Source: Chrysomallon squamiferum (lineage: Eukaryota > Animalia > Mollusca). Taken from it: a stretch of DNA of 64,000 bases. The DNA is taken from assembly GCA_012295275.1 (NCBI GenBank), contig CM022670.1, forward strand, positions 35,216,001-35,280,000, given 5' to 3'. The position numbers were made by a program, and so were the translations under genes. This document shows positions 1 through 13,234 of this stretch, piece by piece. The notes beneath the pieces are model-generated. The model was given only the letters and a program-made list of their open reading frames with translations. It had not been told where the DNA came from and ran no database searches. Each line of letters starts with the position of its first letter. Position 1 is the first letter of the stretch.

Positions 1-113
1 TTTATTTATTTGTGTGTGTGTATTTTGGGGGATTTTGTTGTTTTTGGGAGTTTTTGGTTTTTGTTTTTTGTAATTTTGTTACTAAAAAAAAAATATTTTA
101 CCTTTATTTGTAG

Positions 114-260
114 CATTTGCCATCTTTTGGACCATACATGAAGAAACGACAAGAAATAATCAGAAAAGAGAAAGAGAAGATGGATCTGCTGGATGACAAA
201 CTGAAACCTGAGCCAATCAGACCAGCCAACACACCAAAGAAACCAGTCCCAAAAGTCAAG
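114..260 (+). CDS. DPYD: DPYD exon (HLPSFGPY...PVPKVK)
   Basis: tttgtag acceptor, AAG|gtaaat donor, 147 nt, phase 0/0. Confidence 0.93.
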
Positions 261-1437
261 GTAAATACACTCACACAAATTTTACACAGACAATCTAAAT
301 ACAGACAATGTAAATAAAGTGTAAATTTATCCAAAGCTGCATGTTTTGCCATGTACATACCTGTTTCCAAAAATTGATGAAAGTCAATGCTAATCTCAGA
401 ATAGTGCTTTCAGTTTAATTGCAAAATAGATGTTATTGAAAGCACATATCAAATCAGTCAGAATTTTAGACCAGACAGATCCAAACTTGGTTTCTGTTAT
501 TAAAAGAAAATGCTACCAAAACAAGCTTAAATAGTGTTCCAGAAGTTGTTATGAGTGGGGCATTTTTTGTTTTTGATTCACAAAACAATCAACTTGAACT
601 TGTTCTGTGTGTTCCAAATTGTCAGCTGCATTTTAAAACAAACATTAATATCAGTAAATTAATTATACATCCATACATACATATGTGCATATATAAAATC
701 TGAATTAATATACACAAACATGTGTATGTTTATAAACAAAAGTGTATGTATGATATTACTGAGTATTTTAAGATTATATCTAGTGGAATGGAACCTTTTA
801 TGTTACAGTTCTGTTGTTTATATAAATACATTATTTATATAATGTTTATGTTAAAATTTATTTTAATAAAGGATGTGGTAGGTGCTGCTCTGTCTATGAT
901 TGGTTCCTATGGTGAACTTGATAACACTCAGCAAGTGGTGGCTGTTATAGATGAGGTAAGATTATTCATTATATTCATACTTTTGTGTTTGTGTCAAAAT
1001 GTAGTTGCTGTTGAAGATAGTGTTGATGCTGGTTATTCTGTGTATCAGTTACTATGAAAGGAAGATGTTTAGTTTAACCCTGGCACTTTTGTCCATTAAA
1101 GAGACATTTTTAATGTACTTACAACAATTAGTATAAACTTCTGACTCTCAAAGTGGAGATAACCAGATTCTAGTCAGTGTAAGACAGGTGTGAGCACTAC
1201 AAATCACATTAAAACTAATGTAGTGTTAATATATTTTCCCATTTTTTCATTTTTATCATTTTTTTAATGTTTTTTTATTAATTTATTATTATTAATTTTT
1301 TTAATTTTTTTTTTATTTGTTTATTTGTTTATTTATTTTTTATTATATTTTAATTAATTAATTTATTTATTTTTTATTATATTTTAATTAATTAATTAAT
1401 TTATTTATTTATTTATTATATTTTATTTTATTTTATT

Positions 1438-1480
<43 letters not shown>

Positions 1481-1858
1481 TTTGTTTCTTTTGTATGGTT
1501 TTTCTTTTTTCTAATTTTATGCATTTGTTTTAAATGTTAACTGTTATTTTCTAAATGATGTAAAAATGGTAGCACCATATTACATCAGATATTACTGTGG
1601 TGTTTGTTTTCAGGATATGTGTATCAACTGTGGCAAGTGCTACATGACTTGCAATGACTCAGGATACCAGGCCATTTACTTTGATCCTGAGACACACCTT
1701 GCCCGAGTGAGTGAAGACTGCACAGGTAATACACATACCTTTTGTACAAATTTAATTTTATTTTTTAAAAATTATTTTTTTGTTCCTTTATATGTTTTGT
1801 ATGTATTATTATTATTGTTTTGTTGTTGTTACTGTTGTTGTCATTGTAATCATTGAAA

Positions 1859-1914
<56 letters not shown>

Positions 1915-2561
1915 GGTATTAATATTATTATTATCTTTGTCATTGTAATCATTGTTATTATTATTGTTATTATTATTTTTATTAGTATTGTTATTATACT
2001 TATATTATTATTGTTATTATTCCTATTATTATTGTTGTTTTTTGTTGTTGTTATTGTTATTGCTGTTGTTGTTGTTGTTGTTGTTAGGATTATTAGTATT
2101 GGGATTGTTTTCTTTTTACTTTCAGCATAGGATTTGTTTAAAATTGAGAATATTTTATTAATTGTTATTTTATATATTCAATGTGAAGTTTCAGTACTGT
2201 TTTACTTCTATCTTTAATTTTAATTCATCTTTTGTCATATTATTCATAAAATCTTTTTTTCCTTTTTTTGGTTTTGGTTATTTCTTTTCTTTCCTTTTTT
2301 TTCTTTTTTTTTTTTCTGATTATTCCTTATTTCTCTTTTTTTTTCTAGACATCAAATTAAAAACTTTTCATCCCCATATCTATAATTTTTAATTTTTAAA
2401 ATTTTTTTTTTTTTTTTACAGGCTGTACCCTCTGTCTGTCTGTCTGTCCAATAATTGACTGTATCACCATGGTAAAGCGCCAGACTCCGTACGTACCAAA
2501 GCGAGGAATTCCACTCAACACTGAATGGCAGAGACCAGCCGTTGTAATGCACACAAACTGA
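114..2561 (+). CDS. DPYD: Dihydropyrimidine dehydrogenase [NADP+], 3' partial (last 4 exons: 114-260, 872-955, 1614-1725, 2422-2561)
   Basis: Spliced translation [16 protein letters not shown]...PVPKVK|[28 protein letters not shown]|[37 protein letters not shown]|[32 protein letters not shown]...HTN*. The two CxxCxxCxxxC 4Fe-4S motifs match the DPYD C-terminal domain. All introns GT-AG; phases 0,0,1 are consistent. Confidence 0.97.
872..955 (+). CDS. DPYD: DPYD exon (DVVGAALS...VVAVIDE)
   Basis: aataaag acceptor, GAG|gtaaga donor, 84 nt. Confidence 0.93.
1614..1725 (+). CDS. DPYD: DPYD exon, 4Fe-4S motif [11 protein letters not shown]
   Basis: ttttcag acceptor, CAG|gtaata donor, 112 nt, ends in phase 1. 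Confidence 0.96.
1805..2095. repeat. (TTA)n/(TTG)n compound microsatellite in a DPYD intron
   Basis: Direct reading. Confidence 0.9.
2422..2561 (+). CDS. DPYD: DPYD terminal coding exon ([10 protein letters not shown]...HTN*)
   Basis: Poly-T tract then acag acceptor; TGA at 2559-2561. Confidence 0.96.
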
Positions 2562-5245
2562 ACGCCCATGGTTATCATGGAATCTACAGGCAGATGTACA
2601 CATACAGCTGTTTTAATATACAAAACTCCACAGATTATATATCCCATTATAAAACACATGATGCAATAACTTCAGAAACGTTGTAATGCCTTAATGCTAA
2701 AAAGAGCTGGATTGAAAGATTTATGATAGGACTGGGTTTATTTATATCTGATAGCATAATTGAATTCTGATTGAAGTTTTTTTTTTTATGTCACAAGTGT
2801 CCCTGTTTTACATATATGATTCCATTATGTAAAGTTGATTACCATTTCAATGCTGCACTTGTCTCCTGTTCAATAATGTCTCTTGATTCCAGTATTTTAT
2901 CCCATATTTCAGACTCAAGTGTCCGATGTTTTTGAAATCTGATTTGCATATTGTTCGATTTGAATTTTTATATAGTGGCTATGAATTTGAATGAACAGTA
3001 CCATTGCGTGACAGCCAAACAGATGCAAATACATGATAGATAATTCTATTAGAAAACGGGAAAGATTAAAAATAAAAATGTGGTTTTTAATCATTAGTAT
3101 TTTAAATTTTGATCAGGAAAATCTTTCTATACAAGCAGTACTTGGATAGTTATTAAAGACAAACATTTAATATAATAAAGACAAAGATGTTTTGTATTGT
3201 ATTTGTCCTTTGGCTCGCTAGTCATGGTACAATTATTTTTTTTTTCTTTTAAAATCACCCTTATAAATGAAACGCTATTTTGTTTAAATGTTAAAAAAAA
3301 AAAAAAAGGAATTTTGTCTTTTCCCTTGTCATGCACAAACAACCCAAATTTAATGAAAATTTGCTTTTAAATTTTATTTGCATTGATCATTATTTATAAT
3401 TAGAATCTTTTTGATTGTTACAGCAATATGCATTTATTTTAATACTGTTAGACTGATGATGTGTTTTAAAAATGTTAGTAGAATAATTATATAATTGTAT
3501 TCATGTAATTTGAATTTTGAGTCGGTAATTGTTGCTGTTTTTACATAGTACAAATTATTATTATATATATATATACATAGATATTATTTGATAATAATAT
3601 GCATGTAATTTTCTCCAAACAAACCAGCAGTCCATTGTTGAGTAATGATGCATATCTCATGCATTTTTGTAAAAATTTTATTGGAAAATCTTAATTTTTA
3701 TATCCTGTTAAAGATTGCCAAAAATTACATTTTAATGCAAAAAGTTATTTTTTTATTTTTTTTTTTAAATTTTTTTTAATTTTATTTCATTACTCAGGGA
3801 AAATGTTAAATCAAGAAATAAAAAGTGCTTTAATATAACTTGTTAGACAAACTGTTTTATTACTTCCTTGCATTACCTCCATTTAAGTGTGATTTTCAGC
3901 TAATTTTATGAGACTTAAAAAAGAAAAGGTTTTTGTGGGGAAATTTTGGAGGAGGGGTATTTTTTAATATCATTTATTTATTTATTATATTTATTACTGC
4001 TCTTATTTTTACTATTGTTACTGCTATTTTATTATTTTTTTATTATTATTATTATTATTATTTTTTTTTTTGAAATTCATCTAGCTAATGAAATTTTATT
4101 ATCCTGTAGAAAGCTGGTTTTATAATAGAAAACATTAAATAAAAATATCTGTTATTTCTTTTTATTATTTATGGCATTTTAGTACATTATTTCATTCTTA
4201 TTGTTATTATGTATTATAGAAATTACCAACTTGTGTTTTTGCCTTTTAGTTTTATACATTTAATTACCTGAATGACTTAAATTTTAATTGTTAGTGGAAA
4301 TTTTAATTTATTATTTGATTAAAATCATGTTACATATTTACAAAATTGATAACACTATTACATATTTTTACAAAATCAATGACAAAATTATATATACTTG
4401 CACAATGACACAAATAGATATATTTACAAAATCTATTACAGCATTAGACATTTACAAATCAGTTGCATGATTAGTATATGTATCATTATTACAATTACAA
4501 ATTTTCAAAACTTTCATTAAAAATGTGTTAAAAAATCTACAAAGAAAGTTGAAAATGTAATTTAGTATGTTCTGAAAGTTATTCATAATTTGGCTGACTC
4601 GAGGTAAAATAACATGAAATTAATAAGGATATTACTGAAAGTAAACTGCCAAACATATCTGTATCAGAATTGAATCTTTGTTTCTTAACATAATGACATT
4701 GATTATGGATGAAATCAACAATCACTATTTCCAAGTATACAAACATTTGTGGAACTGATATGATTTTTTTTTCACTTTCTGTACACAGAATTGTTTAATC
4801 ATGTAAACAAAAGAATTTACAGAAGTTTAAAACCGTTCAAAGTGTTTGCAATGATCGTGTATAAAATAGCTGAAAGTTTCGAACAAAGGGAAAGATGAGT
4901 TTTGCAAACATAAGCACTGTGTCACCTCAGAAAAAAAGAAAAAAAAAAAGAAATCTACTTTTTTTAAATTTTAAATTGTTATTTTAGGGTTAATTCAGTT
5001 TGGTAACATATCAGACACTCTTTTGTCTGGTGTTAGAAAAAGTAAAAAGAAGTGAGAAAATGCATTTTGTAATATAGAAGATAGGAAATAAAACTCCACA
5101 TTTGTTTGTTTTTTTTTGTTTTTTTAAACCTTATTTTTTATTATTATTTTTTTAATATGTTGGAACTGTGTATCACAGCCACCTGCCTGGTTTCTTGAAC
5201 AGACATTACAGATAGGTTTGGTTATTTGTGTGTGTGTGTGTGTGT

Positions 5246-5286
<41 letters not shown>

Positions 5287-7167
5287 TACATGCATATACA
5301 TATACATATATCTACATACATACATACACATAAATATATACATATACATATACATATACATATATATATATCGAAGGGTTATAGCCAGAAGGTTTTAAGT
5401 GCATATATTAGCTTTAATAAGGTCCAATTACATCATTTTCATTTAATTAATATATAAGTTTTTTTCTTTTTTAATTAATGGAATGAATCTCAGGTATTGT
5501 TGATTTGAATAAAAATTTTTATTTTTAAACAATAATTAAAGAGACATTAATTATAATGTTGTATGTAGGCATAGTTTACAGCTTTGAGTGATAGTCTGGT
5601 TTCAGTATTATTTTAACTATAAACAGAAACATGGTAATGGATTATAAATTAGTTGCTTTTAATATACATCTTACTTTAATTGTATTAGTCATTTATTTAT
5701 TGGTGCAGTGCGTACTAGTTGAAGTTGAATATTTAGAAATTTAGTTTGTAATTTTAGTAAGTATTTTAATGAATTGGTGATCACAAATTTATTCAGATTT
5801 TATCTGTGTTTTTTTACTTTGATTTGGATGAATTTATATACTTATTATAAAAAGTTAGTACTGAAATTTTGTTAAAATATCTGTATAATATAAGAATTAT
5901 GTCTTGTTTATATTGTGGTTATTATTAGCAGGAGTATTATTATTGTGGTTTTGGATTGTTTTCCTTATTTTTATTGATATTGTCCTTTTTGTTATTTTTC
6001 TGTTTTGTGTTTTCTCTAGTGCTAGAATTGTTCAAAAAATATTGAGTTTTAAAAAATATTTAAAAAATATATTTTTCAGAAAATGTTATTTTTTAAAATT
6101 ATTTTGAGCTTTAAATATTTTATTGTTATATATTTCCAAGTAAATAATAATTTTGTGAAAATCTTTATACTGCTTGAAGAATTGTAGTACATTATAACTA
6201 TAGTATAGTACTTACATCTTCCTTTTTCTTCCTTGGTTGTTGTTACTTATTCACAGCCTTCCTATTATTATCAGTTACAAACTGGTTTAACTTACACTTA
6301 ATTTTGAATAATATACGTATATTCATTATTTGTTTTTGGGTTACTGTTGTTTTTTTATTCTTGTTAACATTATAATTATTTAAGTATCAATATATAACAG
6401 TGCATTCTGTTTAGATGTTAATTCCAAAGTGACTATTAAAGATTTACAATCCTGATAACTGGCAGAAAATTACTGAGTAATTTTTTTTAGTAATTCTACT
6501 ATAAAAATAAATTCTAAAATTTTGGTATTATGACGACCATGTTTAAATTTAGAAAACCCACATTATTTTAAGTATGATTTTTCAAATACCAGAGGCCAAT
6601 TTTTTTCAGTTTGAATGATTATATCCAAGTATGTGCTGGTCTAAAAAAAATGTGAGCCAGTATTTAGTCATCAGACAACAAAAATCTTTAAAAAAATTGA
6701 TACTGTATATTTTATCACTTCTTTCTTTATTAGAAATGGAGAGTTCCTTCATCCATTTAATAAATTGAACTTTTGTTTTAACCTTTCATATCTATGGAGC
6801 ATATTTTTATTCAAGAGAATTTGTAATCTTATAATTGTTATTTAGTAATAAAATAAAGTTTGTAGAGTTTAAATCTGTCAGCCACTGGGGTTGGTTCCAG
6901 TGTTTACAAGTGTTGACAATCACTTACTGAAAAATAATGACGTATTACAACAAAAGAAAAACATCTTAAATGTTGTTTTTTGTTTGTTTTTGTGGTATTT
7001 CTCAGGATATTGATTGCAGAATGTAAAAAAAAAAAAAAGTAAATTACAGAAAAAGTTATAGATGCATTCTTTTTTTTCTGAAATGTGATAGTTAAAAGAT
7101 AAAAATGTTAAAGCAACTTCAGGCAAAATATCTTCAGTAATGACATCAACCAGAGATACCCATTATA

Positions 7168-7211
<44 letters not shown>

Positions 7212-8921
7212 ATATATTTCATATTTCAAACAGAAACAAGAGCCAGGTTGGAAAGTTATGGACAAATTATGGTCTGTTTTAGTAAAGTGTAATAAAAACT
7301 GGTCTTGATTTGTGATGTTTGCAACATGTCTTCCAAGTCAGTATTTAAATAATTCTGTCAGTCTAATTATTCAATATATGCAGTGTGTGGCTAGTTTTAC
7401 TTACTGTGTACTAAACCTGTGGTTATAGTGAATTCAATAAGATTGCCCACTCTTTACCTAGAGGAAACTGACAGGGCAGTCAGATTTATTTTTGACATTT
7501 GACACACAAGTTCTCAGGTTTGTTGAGTTTCTCTATTATCTTTTGGCCTAATTGTTCAGTGTGTGCAATGTATAGTTAATTTTACTTACTGTACTTCACC
7601 CCCTAGGAAGTCTCATGTACAATCATATTTATATTGCTGACAGTAACAAGAAATGTGAAGGCTTGGTTATTAGTTTGTTCCAAAAACAAAAGAAAAAAAA
7701 CCAAACTGCTAGCTTTAAAGTTACAACATTTTAAAATATTTTGTTTAGAAGATAAACGAATTATCTAAAACATATAATTTTTATATAAAACTTTACTACA
7801 CAGTTTTCAGGAAATTACAGAATGTGCCTTTAATTTTTTGAAATTAATATTTCTAGAAATGATTTTGTTATAATAATATCCATTGTTACATTTAGATTTA
7901 TATTCAATTTGTTATTAGCAAAGGTTTGCTGCAATAACATACATGTTATATTTAGCTTTATTTTTCTTTTTAGCATGAATATATGTCTTATAAAAAATGG
8001 CAGCTATCTGTCAGCAATTATGTTTTCACTTTAAATGACGACTTGTTTTAGGAAAAAAAATAGCTTTTGTTTAATATAGAATTGAATAAAATTTAATTCA
8101 GAGTCAAATGATACTGGGTCTTAGTCTCCTAATTATAATAAACAATATATATATATATATATATATATATTATTTTTTTTTTTTTATAAGGGATTTGTTG
8201 TTGCCCCAAATTGATTACTTACTAACACATTTCAGTCCTCTTGGTGGGCTTTGAGAGCTACATTATTTTTTTATTTAATGAAACCATGAAAACAAATTTG
8301 CTTCTACATTGTTGAAACAAGTCCCACAAGACCTAAAATTGGTAAAGTTCTTTCTTTACTTTACATTACAATTTTCAGACAAAATGTATTTGGAGATACA
8401 TTTAAACTATCTAAAATGTACCTGACAGTGGTGGACGTATCTCAAAGTACATAGAAAAATCAGGAACACAGCCAAGATAAACTGTACTTGTATGACACAT
8501 AATGGATAATATTAAAATCTGGTCCTTAGTGATAATATTGTACTTAAATGACACAACAACTGTAAATATTAAAATCTGTTCCTTTGTCATACAGTGTTGT
8601 TGTAATTCCTTTGGTACACGAGTAAAATGTTACTTTTCACAGTTCTTTTGTTAAGAATGAACTAGCCTTTGATGTACGTTTTGCTTTTATCTGACTGTTT
8701 GATGAGAAAAAAGTGTAAAAAAATCTGTGTGATTTTATTTTCCTTTTTTCTTTCTTTTTACATATTTATTTGTTAAATTCAGTTTTTTAAATTCTGTGGT
8801 GGCATGTTATTTGCATATTAATTGTGGTTTTTCTGATGGTTAATAATTTGTTTTGGTTTTTTAAAATTTATTTGCAGCAATTGTGTGTCCTTGCTTTTTG
8901 TGTAATAACAGAAAAGAATGA

Positions 8922-8927
8922 AATAAA
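8922..8927 (+). terminator. Candidate distal polyadenylation signal (possibly DPYD)
   Basis: AATAAA followed by a GT/T-rich tract; other AATAAA at ~3071, ~3816 and ~6847 are alternatives. Confidence 0.3.
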
Positions 8928-9433
8928 ATGTTTGCTTATTTAGTATGTGTGTCGCCTTACTGAACAATGTTTTTTTTTTTATGTTAGTGCTGGGTTTTTT
9001 CTTGTATTTTTGTGTATGTTCTTGTTGTTTTGTTTTTTCTCTTTTCTTTTCTTTTCTTTTCTATAATTTCTTTTCTTTTATTTATTTCTACTTTTTTGTT
9101 GTTATTCTCGTTTCATCTGAAATTTTAAAATTGTTTTAACCTTTTTTTTTTTTTTGTTGGTTATTAAGTCCTTTTTTCTAATTCCCTGAGATGTTCACAG
9201 TTAAACTGATTATTCTGAATTACAACTTTTCTTGTAATGAAGAATCGAACATAACAGGGTTTAAAAAATGGAAGTAATAATTGTTGTACAGAAAATACTG
9301 AGATATAATTCACAGTTCACCTGTTGATGGTGTCAAACTGCCAATTTTGAGTACAGTTTTCTGATAGGTTCTGGTACTTGTACTTGTCCTGGTTAAATTA
9401 AAGAACTTTTTTCTTCTATTTTTTCTTGCTTTC

Positions 9434-9465
<32 letters not shown>

Positions 9466-10034
9466 TTTCGTTTTCTTCTTTTTTTTAAATAATAAAATTA
9501 ATAATAATAATAACAAAATTTGGGAAAAGGTAAAATAAAGTTATTATCAAGTAATAATAAAACGTAAAAGTGGTAATTATTGTATTCATTTGAATATAAT
9601 TGTGGTTGTCTCAAAGTTCAGGGGATCGTTTTTGAAAATTTGTGTAAATTACAAATAAACCTCACACAAAATTACCATATACATGATTTTCTATCAAATT
9701 TAAAAAAAAAAAAAAAAGTTATTTCAAGATTTATAGACGATGTAGTAGTAGTAGTGGTAATAATACTAGAATACTAGAACTAACTGTAGTAGTAATAATA
9801 ATGCTAATACCAAAAGTTGTAGTAGTAATAGTGTTGCAGAATATTAATAGCATCAACATCTGTAGTAGTAGCAGCAGCTGTAGTCGTAGTAGTAGTTGTT
9901 GTTCTCGTAAGGCTGATGTACAGCTGTTCCAGGGACTGATTGTAGTGTTATTAATGTCGCAATAAAATGAATTCATTATTATTAATAATAATCATAGCAG
10001 TAGTACTAGCAACAGTAGTAGCAATAGTAGTAGC

Positions 10035-10080
<46 letters not shown>

Positions 10081-10687
10081 GTAGTTGTTGCTGTATTCTT
10101 CAGGCGTGGTTGGTCTATGGATCGTTCCCTTTCTGCGCTACGTTTTTTTTTTTTTAAAGGCCTTTTATTATTTTATTTAATTTTTTATTTAATTTTTTTA
10201 TTTTATTTTATTTTATTTAAATATTTATTATTATTATTATTATTAATTTTTGTTTTTGTTTTGTTTTGTTTATTATTTACGTCTACGTTGGGTGGTGCTT
10301 TTGTTTGTTTGCGTTTACGGGTGTACACACACACACACACACACACACACGTACCAGTATATGTATATCATAAGCTGATTTTGATAATTAGCATAAACAA
10401 GTCGAAGAAAATGAAATATTTGATGTTATAAAATGTTTGATATTCTTTTTTTTTTTTAAATGTTATATATGGCTTATAAAACATTTCAAAGCAAAACTCA
10501 GTTGAAAAGTCTCAGATTACCTTGCTAAACTTTGAAATCGTGCAATTTAAATTAAATCGACATAAAAAATGTTTATGAGATTATGCGTTTAAAAAGGATT
10601 TAGACATTAAGAAACGTAAAAATGATTTGGCTATTGTACGCTTAAAAACGACTGATTCAAATAACTGTGTAGAAAATAGACATATAA

Positions 10688-10718
<31 letters not shown>

Positions 10719-10825
10719 TTATATATTTTAACAAAAGCCGGTCTTGGAACAAGAACATTTAGAATAAGAACATTTCACTGAACTGGATCCGCGCTTTGCA
10801 TAATTAATCTAAAAATAGCTACACT

Positions 10826-11241
10826 GTTGTCATAGCAATTCTCATACATTTCATCTAACTCGTCATAATTAACTTCGTGTTTTCGCCTCGTTTTACTGAC
10901 ACCCTAACCTCAATCGACTGTGTGTATGTGTGTATGTGTGTGTGTGTATTACCAACATTACAATAAACATAATAAGAAAATATTATTAAGAAATGTCATT
11001 TCTTAAGAGTTTTATTCTCAGAACGAATCGAAAAGAAAATATTCAAAAGACTGAAGTAATAATAACTATTCACACAAGTTCATAATCGAAGTCTTTCATA
11101 TACTCAGTTACAATCAGGTTAAAACCAAATGGGTTTCATGTCGAAGACAGTGGGGGTCCAAGTAGATGTTTTTTTTAATAATAAAATAATATGCAACTAA
11201 ACAAAGTAGCACGTCTTCGTGTATTTGTGTTGCTTGGAAAC
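10826..11241. promoter_or_regulatory. Candidate promoter with two RFX X-box-like motifs
   Basis: GTTGTCATAGCAAT (10826-10839) and GTTGCTTGGAAAC (11229-11241) resemble the X-box GTTGCCATGGCAAC; CpG-retaining context. Confidence 0.5.
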
Positions 11242-11437
11242 GTTAACAAGATTTCAGTTTCATTGCAGTTATAAACAGAGTTACATGTAACTAGACTTGA
11301 AATTAGCACTGCAGTTACACATAATTATTTGTTATTTCATTAAAAAGACGATCTACATTTCGGTTTTATAATTATTACAGTTACCTGAACTTTGCTTGAA
11401 ATTCACACATCGACTTGGTGTTTCTGAAAAAACAGAG
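11242..11437 (+). other. Candidate non-coding first exon (5' UTR), possibly of the C1orf87-like gene
   Basis: Consensus donor GAG|gtaagt at 11437/11438, ~200 nt downstream of an X-box; no in-frame ATG; start coordinate approximate. Confidence 0.4.
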
Positions 11438-12312
11438 GTAAGTAAAGTGAAACTTCACGTAGAAGTGCTTAAATCTGAAATAAATTAAACTTAGATACAG
11501 ATAATTACAAAAATGTTAACTGAATACTATTTTAAAAACAATCTATTGACGTGCTGTTAAATTGAATTCTTATTATCTCATTTATAATTTAAATATGCTC
11601 ATATTTACTTATAGGCTAACTAAAATCGAAACATAATCCATTAGTACCTCCCTACTGATTTGTCAAATCAGTAAAAATAAATAGAAATATTAATTTTTAT
11701 TTACAATTTAAAATGAAATATAATCTTAGAAAATTACATAGTAAAAACAGAAAGGTATAGAAATACTGATAGTCTCTACTTATTTTTATCACATTTACGG
11801 CGATTCCGTAGCGAATTTTGAACATATATGTTAGAAATATATATATATATACTGAAATTTGAACGGGGAAAAACAAATATATATTCAGTTGTTTGTTGTT
11901 GTTGTTTTTAAATGTTCAGTCTTTTATAGTAATGTGTGAAATTTCTCAATACAAAATTGTCTAGTACTTTGTTTTAGAAAAATAATCAAAGGGGGGTACT
12001 TTTTTTTATAATAGTAAATTATGAGCATATGAAAATAACTGGTCGCTTGAAACATCTCATTATGAAGTTTAATGTTTGAAAGATTTATGAGTTAATCAGA
12101 TATATATAAAAAATGAGTAGTTGGTTCGTATTTCGCAATACCTATGTTAAGTGAAAATCATGTAAGTAATAAAACAATCTATCAATGTGGTACGTTATTA
12201 TCTTCGCCATATTATTAAAAACTAATACTTTTTCATTAATTCATTCATTAATTCATTCATTCATTCATTATTATTATTATTATTATCTTTTAATAATAAA
12301 TGTCCTGTTTGA

Positions 12313-12394
<82 letters not shown>
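12313..12394. repeat. (GT)n(GA)n compound microsatellite
   Basis: Direct reading. Confidence 0.95.
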
Positions 12395-12397
<3 letters not shown>

Positions 12398-13182
12398 TGT
12401 ATATATGTATATGTATGTGTATGTGTGTATAAGCGTGTATGTCTGTCAACCTTATTTTCTTTGTTAACCTCTTTCTTGTTTGCCTGTTTGAAAATATATT
12501 TATTTATTTCCAAACACCAAGGTTCTCAAAGTATAAAAACAATGACTCATTGCTTTGTAAGATATCTGTAATGTAAAGAAAATAACAGATAATTGAACAA
12601 AAAAGTTATGACCAAAAAAAAAAAAAAAAAAAAAAAATCAGCTTTTTGAGCGACATTGTAAACCGTTATTACGTAACAATTACAAAGTTATCGATTTACA
12701 GTTTCCTATAATTTATTCAGCAAATGAAGAGAAAAACAACAACAAAAAAAAACATTAAAAAAATATACATACACACAAAATACAACAACAAAAAAACACA
12801 ACAAAAACAATAAACATTTGCTTCTAAATTCAAATTAATTTTCGTGTTGTCAAATTACTATACAAGAAGTGCACTTAGTATAACTGAAATTTTGTAACGG
12901 CACAATCTATTAGTTATGTAACTTGGCCGAACTTTTTTCTGCAGATAAAAAGATTTGACAGTAACATTTCGTCCTGCATTGTCACACTCCAGCACTGTCT
13001 GATATTACAGACATATTGTTTACCTTTCTGGATCGGAGTTTAATGGAGTTATTATTTTTTATTTCACAGATTCTACCTTCTTGCAGCGATATTATTTTTT
13101 TTTTTTTTTTTATTTTTTTTTTTTTTTTTTTTTTCATTTATTTGTATTATAATTTTACTTTTATTTATTCATTTAATTTTAA

Positions 13183-13234
<52 letters not shown>

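Noticed and set aside
1780-2161. Long poly-Ile/Leu/Val ORFs that look like membrane proteins (also 9967-10431, 13016-13297, 32267-32509)
   Set aside because: Translations of (ATT)n/(GTT)n microsatellites
8484-8600. ~57-bp two-copy tandem duplication overlapping a minus-strand open frame
   Set aside because: Ordinary local duplication; the short open frame has no start codon or homology
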